Positions 45,975 to 47,956 of a stretch of 47,956 nucleotides of DNA are shown here, piece after piece. The position numbers were made by a program, and so were the translations under genes. The notes beneath the pieces were generated by a model. That model saw only the letters and a program-made list of their open reading frames with translations. It did not search any database and was not told the DNA's origin. Source of the DNA: Octopus bimaculoides (lineage: Eukaryota); NCBI RefSeq assembly GCF_001194135.2, contig NC_068982.1, forward strand, positions 175,804,440 to 175,852,395, written 5' to 3'. The first letter of the stretch is position 1. Every line of letters starts with the position of its first letter.

Positions 45975-46185
45975 GCATAAGCATAATATTTTCAGGACCT
46001 CATTTTAGCCATGATAGACAGATCTTCTTGAGCACAGTGAATCGCCATTCATCTCAGCTATGGGGAAATATCAACTTACTTGGAAACCGGTGAGGGTTGG
46101 TTACAAAGGGCATCTAGCCATAGAAAATCTGCTTCAATAAACTCAGGCCAACCCATCCAAGTATTAAAAGTGGATGTTAGTATTG
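45975..46185 (+). mobile_element. Repeat ending in the RTE-type tail (probable RTE-dependent SINE); homologue at 47505-47700
   Basis: atggggaaatat...ggaaac(c/a)ggtgag(g/a)gttggttaca...gcatc(t/c)ag...ccca/ccga shared between the two copies; the last 60 nt resemble the RTE terminus. Confidence 0.55.
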
Positions 46186-46337
46186 CTGACTACTGAAACT
46201 GAATTTTTATCTTGCAATTCAAATTTCACATTATTTCAGAAAATCTACATGCACATATAAGTGTGTATGTGTATACAGACACACAACCATAAACACATAT
46301 GTATATATGCTCATGCACGCACACATATATATATGCA

Positions 46338-46380
<43 letters not shown>

Positions 46381-46382
<2 letters not shown>

Positions 46383-47290
46383 GACCATTGATAAGATGAA
46401 CTTGAACTCAGCAATGAACCCTGATGAGTTTCCAGGGATTCTTTTAAAGACATGCACAAAATCCCTACAGACATTCTTCCAAAGCTTTCTTACAGGTGGC
46501 AAACTTCCCCAAATGAAAAAGAAGTCCTATCCATAGAAGAGAAAGCAGAGCAGATGCTAAAAATTACAGTGAGGAGACAGAAAATACTGTCAGAACGAAA
46601 CTGACCAAAGTTCCTAGAAGAAAATTACTTGCTCACTGACACACAGCATAGCTTCTCTCCAGGATAGCTTCTCTCACACAGCTACTACAGCATTATAACT
46701 GGGTACACAAACAGCAGCCCTCTCGTTTAAATTTGAATGTGATATATCTCAACTCTGCAAAGGCCTTCCATAAAGTTGATTACAGAAGGATATATTACAT
46801 AGTAGGAAAACTAGGGGAGTGATTGCACAACTTTTTTTAAAAGGTAGGATTCGGACAGTTGCAGATAGCTGTGCTCTCTTCATGGAGAATACTATTCTTA
46901 GAAGAATCCTTCATGGAAACTGTATCGGGACCACTATTGTTTCTCAGACATACCCTCATTCACACAGACAGCCATTCACACCAGGTACACAGATGGCATA
47001 AAAGTAAGACAGGCAGTTGAGATGATAATACAAAACTATGGAAAGACCAAGGTGTAATGCAAAAGTGAAGAAAACAACATGCAGTCCAATAATGAAAGAT
47101 TTCAAGCACTCTACTATTGGCCCACAAACAGATCGCAATCAGAAAACAGAAGACCAAGGGGTATTGCAACCCTGGAGTCACAATCAGATGGTGATCTGGG
47201 AATCCACATGAGTAATGACGCATTATTTCATGTGTTTATTACCAAGATGGGAATAGTGTGCAGGTAACTGGGTGGTTGGCTTTTGAAATC
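46381..47290 (+). mobile_element. CR1-clade LINE RT-domain relic, heavily decayed
   Basis: TIDKMNLNSAMNPDEFPGILLKTC, FHKVDY, GTVSGPLLFL and DLGIHMSND resemble the CR1 RT motifs SAPGPDG, FDKVDH, QGTVLGPLLFL and DLGV. Confidence 0.7.
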
Positions 47291-47855
47291 AGCCACATTT
47301 GTTCTCTGTTACCTGAATTGCTATTCCCAGTTATGACTGTCACATGGCATCAAACACACTGTGGAGCTAGATGCAACACAATGCTATTACACCAAGTAGA
47401 TGGTCTTGGTGCAACAGATGACCTACTGGAAGAGGTTAAAAGGTCTGGAGTTCATATCCCTAGGGTGATGATGTGAAATATATGCAGTGATATAGATACA
47501 TGTGTGTGTGTGTAACAGTACATGGTTGTTGTAAAAGAGTATCACCGTCATACAGGCAGTGCCATTCATTTCTAATATTCTACCAAACTATGTCTGCCAC
47601 TGGGGAAATATTACCATGCTTGGAAACAGGTGAGAGTTGGTTACAGGAGAGGCATCCAGTCATTGAACTTTATGCCATCCGACTCATGTAAGCATGGACA
47701 CAATATGTGGCCTGTGTGTTTTCTGTACTCTGTTTATCATTTTGTCCACGTTTTTTTTTGCAACGTCCTGTACCCAGATATGCATCTATATATACATGTA
47801 GATGTAGGTATGTACATACATGTACGTATATATGCATATACTCATATATTATTTG

Positions 47856-47861
<6 letters not shown>

Positions 47862-47927
<66 letters not shown>
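47862..47927. repeat. (AT)n + (GT)n microsatellite
   Basis: Direct reading. Confidence 0.95.
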
Positions 47928-47929
<2 letters not shown>

Positions 47930-47956
47930 CAATTAGAAAATGGAGGATAATATGCT

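Noticed and set aside
1-47956. CRISPR array, rRNA or prokaryotic operon features
   Set aside because: No spaced direct-repeat array or rRNA-like sequence seen; the sequence is eukaryotic repeat-rich DNA.

Overview
AT-rich, microsatellite-dense animal genomic DNA from a gappy short-read assembly (8 N-runs, mostly flanked by (AT)n). The repeat families resemble those I recall from Octopus/coleoid cephalopods; this is inference, not a database match. I cannot support any intact host protein-coding gene, so the window reads as intergenic or deep intronic. It contains decayed RTE and CR1-clade LINE fragments, at least three tRNA-derived SINE families, TTAA-flanked (piggyBac-like) and hAT-like non-autonomous elements, a probable hAT transposase relic and a tRNA-like pseudogene. 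The most notable item is an apparently intact type I hammerhead ribozyme at 8370-8455 (+): complete core, palindromic stem III, long bulged stem I. Also notable are four young, near-perfect local inverted duplications (4770, 9297, 13111, 41871) embedded in much older DNA, and a SINE family that shares its 3' tail with the CR1 LINE copies in the same window. Most ORF-track entries are microsatellite or N-gap artefacts.
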